From: Escherichia coli
GTDB lineage: Bacteria > Pseudomonadota > Gammaproteobacteria > Enterobacterales > Enterobacteriaceae
Length of the DNA stretch: 64,000 nucleotides
Direction: 5' to 3' (one strand)
Assembly: GCF_022846255.1 (NCBI RefSeq)
Contig: NZ_AP025682.1
Below the pieces are notes generated by a model. That model saw nothing but the letters and a program-made list of their open reading frames with translations. It was not told the origin of the DNA and did no database searches. The translations under genes were made by a program, and so were the position numbers. Below, one piece after another: positions 60,470 to 64,000 of the stretch. Every line of letters starts with the position of its first letter. Positions within the stretch are counted from its first letter, which is position 1.

Positions 60470-61145
60470 TATTCGTGAAGCACACGCGCGCGGCGAACTG
60501 GCAATGTCCGTGGTTCTGCGCGCCAGCATTATTACCCCGGAAGCTCGTGAAGTGGCTGATCTGTTGGGTTTTACCATCACCGAATGTGATGAATCGATCC
60601 CGGTAACGGCGTCTGTTCCCGCCAGCGCATCAGCCGATAAAACCGAAAGCCAGCGCATCCGTGAAACCATTATCGCCCAACTGCCGGAAGGTCAGTTTAC
60701 CGAAAGCCTGGTCGCGCAGCTGATGGAAAAAGTGATGAAGGAAAAACAGTCGCTGGAACAGGGTGCACTGCAGCCGAGCTTTAAATCGGTGACCGGCAAA
60801 GGCGGCATCAAAGTTATTGATGGCAGCAGCGTCAAGTTTGGTCGTTTCGACGGCGCACAGCCGCACTGTGTAGGCTTGACTGATCTCGTGACCGGAGACG
60901 ACGGCAGCAGTATGGCCGCTGGTTTCATGCAGTGGGAGAACGCATTCTTCCCGTGGACTCTGAACTACGACGAAATCGACATGGTGCTGGAAGGGGAGCT
61001 GCATGTTCGCCACGAAGGCGAAACTATGATCGCCAAAGCGGGCGATGTGATGTTTATCCCGAAAGGCTCCAGCATCGAATTTGGTACGACATCCAGCGTG
61101 AAATTTCTGTATGTCGCCTGGCCGGCTAACTGGCAATCCCTATGA
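60444..61145 (+). CDS. eutQ: Ethanolamine-utilisation protein EutQ (cupin)
   Basis: 233 aa; overlaps the eutP 3' end by 26 nt. Confidence 0.9.
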   Translation: MKKLITANDIREAHARGELAMSVVLRASIITPEAREVADLLGFTITECDESIPVTASVPASASADKTESQRIRETIIAQLPEGQFTESLVAQLMEKVMKEKQSLEQGALQPSFKSVTGKGGIKVIDGSSVKFGRFDGAQPHCVGLTDLVTGDDGSSMAAGFMQWENAFFPWTLNYDEIDMVLEGELHVRHEGETMIAKAGDVMFIPKGSSIEFGTTSSVKFLYVAWPANWQSL

Positions 61146-61945
61146 AAGATTTCATCACCGAAGCATGGCTAAGAGCGAACCATACGCTCAGCGAAGGCGC
61201 AGAGATCCATCTCCCTGCGGACAGTCGCCTGACGCCCTCTGCCCGGGAGTTACTGGAAAGCCGCCATCTGCGCATCAAGTTTATTGACGAGCAGGGCCGC
61301 CTGTTTGTTGACGATGAACAGCAGCAGCCGCAGCCCGTTCACGGGCTGACCAGTAGCGATGAACATCCGCAGGCGTGCTGCGAACTGTGCCGCCAGCCGG
61401 TGGCAAAAAAGCCGGATACGCTGACTCACCTGTCGGCGGAAAAAATAGTTGCCAAAAGCGATCCGCGCCTGGCTTTTCGCGCTGTTCTCGACAGCACCAT
61501 TGCGCTGGCAGTGTGGCTGCAAATTGAACTGGCGGAACCGTGGCAGCCGTGGCTGGCGGATATCCGTTCGCGTCTTGGCAACATTATGCGCGCTGATGCG
61601 CTGGGGGAACCGCTGGCCTGCCAGGCGATTGTCGGGCTTTCTGACGAAGATCTGCATCGGCTTTCTCATCAACCGCTGCGCTATCTTGGTCACGATCATC
61701 TGGTGCCGGAAGCCAGCCACGGACGCGATGCGGCGTTGCTCAATCTGCTACGCACCAAAGTGCGGGAAACCGAAACCGTAGCAGCGCAGGTATTTATCAC
61801 CCGCAGCTTTGAAGTATTACGCCCGGACATCTTGCAGGCGCTGAACCGCCTTTCCAGCACGGTTTACGTGATGATGATCCTGAGCGTAGCGAAACAACCG
61901 CTAACGGTGAAGCAGATCCAACAACGACTGGGGGAAACGCAATGA
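61142..61945 (+). CDS. eutT: Ethanolamine-utilisation corrinoid adenosyltransferase EutT
   Basis: 267 aa; ATGA overlap with eutQ. Confidence 0.9.
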
Positions 61946-62958
61946 TTATTGAACGTTGTCGTGAACTGGCGTTGCGAGCGCCCGCCAGAGTAGTTTTTCC
62001 GGATGCGTTAGATCAACGTGTGCTGAAAGCTGCGCAATATTTACATCAACAAGGTCTGGCAACGCCCATTCTGGTCGCCAATCCGTTTGAACTTCGTCAG
62101 TTTGCGCTCAGTCACGGCGTGGCGATGGACGGGCTACAGGTGATAGATCCGCATGGCAACCTCGCAATGCGGGAAGAATTTGCTCATCGCTGGCTGGCCC
62201 GCGCGGGCGAAAAAACGCCGCCGGATGCGCTGGAAAAACTTACCGATCCGCTGATGTTCGCCGCCGCAATGGTCAGCGCCGGTAAAGCGGATGTCTGTAT
62301 CGCGGGCAACCTCTCTTCCACGGCGAATGTGCTGCGTGCCGGATTACGCATTATCGGCTTGCAGCCAGGCTGTAAAACGCTCTCATCCATTTTCCTGATG
62401 CTGCCACAGTACAGCGGTCCGGCGTTGGGTTTTGCCGATTGCAGCGTGGTGCCACAGCCGACGGCGGCACAACTGGCGGATATCGCGCTTGCCAGCGCCG
62501 AAACCTGGCGCGCCATCACCGGAGAAGAACCGCGCGTGGCGATGCTGTCGTTTTCCAGCAACGGTAGTGCCCGTCACCCCTGCGTTGCCAACGTCCAGCA
62601 GGCGACAGAAATCGTCCGTGAGCGCGCACCAAAGCTGGTTGTCGATGGCGAGTTGCAGTTTGACGCCGCCTTCGTGCCGGAAGTGGCGGCGCAAAAAGCG
62701 CCTGCCAGCCCGTTACAGGGCAAAGCCAATGTGATGGTTTTTCCGTCGCTGGAGGCAGGAAATATTGGCTACAAAATCGCACAACGACTTGGCGGATATC
62801 GTGCCGTCGGGCCATTGATACAAGGACTTGCCGCGCCGATGCACGATCTCTCTCGTGGTTGTAGCGTGCAGGAAATTATCGAACTGGCGCTGGTGGCAGC
62901 TGTGCCGCGTCAGACAGAAGTGAACCGCGAAAGCAGTTTACAAACACTGGTTGAATGA
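61942..62958 (+). CDS. eutD: Ethanolamine-utilisation phosphotransacetylase EutD
   Basis: 338-aa Pta-like protein; ATGA overlap with eutT. Confidence 0.9.
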
Positions 62959-62996
62959 ACGGTCCCGTTCTGGACCCTGATAAAGAGGAAAGCACA

Positions 62997-63290
62997 ATGG
63001 AAGCATTAGGAATGATCGAAACCCGGGGCCTGGTTGCACTGATTGAGGCTTCTGACGCGATGGTTAAAGCTGCGCGCGTCAAGCTGGTTGGTGTTAAGCA
63101 GATTGGCGGCGGCCTGTGTACTGCCATGGTTCGTGGTGATGTTGCAGCCTGTAAAGCCGCGACCGATGCCGGTGCCGCAGCGGCACAGCGTATCGGCGAG
63201 CTGGTATCTGTACACGTTATCCCGCGTCCGCACGGCGACCTGGAAGAAGTCTTCCCGATCGGCCTGAAAGGCGATAGCAGCAACCTGTAA
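62997..63290 (+). CDS. eutM: BMC shell protein EutM
   Basis: AGAGGA upstream of the ATG at 62997; translation [28 protein letters not shown]… (97 aa). Confidence 0.9.
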   Translation: MEALGMIETRGLVALIEASDAMVKAARVKLVGVKQIGGGLCTAMVRGDVAACKAATDAGAAAAQRIGELVSVHVIPRPHGDLEEVFPIGLKGDSSNL

Positions 63291-63396
63291 TCACCCTGTG
63301 TGACGTCGATTCGGGCGTCACGCTCTCTCCTTTTTCATTTTACCTTCTGCGGAGGGTAGGGGGAGCTTTTACCTGAAATACGCCACGGAGGCGGGT

Positions 63397-63684
63397 ATGA
63401 AACTGGCAGTCGTCACTGGACAAATTGTTTGTACCGTACGCCATCACGGACTGGCGCATGACAAATTGCTGATGGTGGAAATGATTGATCCACAAGGTAA
63501 TCCTGACGGGCAATGCGCCGTCGCCATCGACAATATTGGCGCGGGAACCGGGGAGTGGGTGTTACTGGTGAGTGGCAGTTCCGCCCGCCAGGCGCATAAA
63601 AGCGAAACGTCACCGGTCGATCTGTGCGTGATTGGCATTGTCGATGAGGTGGTGTCTGGCGGTCAGGTCATTTTCCACAAATAA
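63397..63684 (+). CDS. eutN: BMC vertex protein EutN
   Basis: 95-aa EutN/CcmL-family protein (MKLAVVTGQIVCTVRHHG…). Confidence 0.9.
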   Translation: MKLAVVTGQIVCTVRHHGLAHDKLLMVEMIDPQGNPDGQCAVAIDNIGAGTGEWVLLVSGSSARQAHKSETSPVDLCVIGIVDEVVSGGQVIFHK

Positions 63685-63695
63685 GGCAGAACATC

Positions 63696-64000
63696 ATGAA
63701 TCAACAGGATATTGAACAGGTGGTGAAAGCGGTACTGCTGAAAATGCAAAGCAGTGACACGCCGCCCGCCGCCGTTCATGAGATGGGCGTTTTCGCGTCC
63801 CTGGATGACGCCGTTGCGGCAGCCAAAGTCGCCCAGCAAGGGTTAAAAAGCGTGGCAATGCGCCAGTTAGCCATTGCTGCCATTCGTGAGGCAGGCGAAA
63901 AACACGCCAGAGATTTAGCGGAACTTGCCGTCAGTGAAACCGGCATGGGGCGCGTTGAAGATAAATTTGCCAAAAACGTCGCTCAGGCGCGCGGCACACC
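63696..64000 (+). CDS. eutE: Acetaldehyde dehydrogenase EutE, 5' part only (runs off the window end)
   Basis: ATG at 63696; translation MNQQDIEQVVKAVLLKMQSS…ETGMGRVEDKFAKN…; absent from the ORF track because there is no stop within the window. Confidence 0.8.
   Translation, partial: MNQQDIEQVVKAVLLKMQSSDTPPAAVHEMGVFASLDDAVAAAKVAQQGLKSVAMRQLAIAAIREAGEKHARDLAELAVSETGMGRVEDKFAKNVAQARGT

Overview
This window reads as Escherichia coli-type enterobacterial chromosome. The first ~13.6 kb is an accessory adhesin locus on the + strand: the 3' end of a giant repeat-protein gene, a YfgJ-like zinc-ribbon ORF, an intimin/invasin-family inverse autotransporter (SinH-like), a 330-aa secreted protein (SinI-like by position) and a 2693-aa RatA-like giant protein built from nine tandem modules. 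It ends convergently at xseA. The remaining ~50 kb is conserved housekeeping sequence in K-12-like order: xseA, guaBA, yfgI/H/G, pdeF, ppx-ppk, purMN, upp-uraA, hda, yfgD, bepA, perM, bcp-gcvR, dapA-bamC, purC, ypfJ, tmcA, ypfH, ypfN, dapE-yffB, ypfM, acrD, narQ, aegA, nudK, ypfG, tktB-talA, maeB and the start of the eut operon (eutS to eutE, truncated). I found no rRNA, tRNA, CRISPR array, integrase, transposase or recognisable defence system. The most interesting content is the adhesin locus, which resembles the described sinH-sinI-ratA (Salmonella CS54-type) island rather than something wholly new; what remains unexplained is the module architecture, the export route of the giant protein and the small partner protein. 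All gene names rest on my recognition of translated sequences and synteny, not on a database search.
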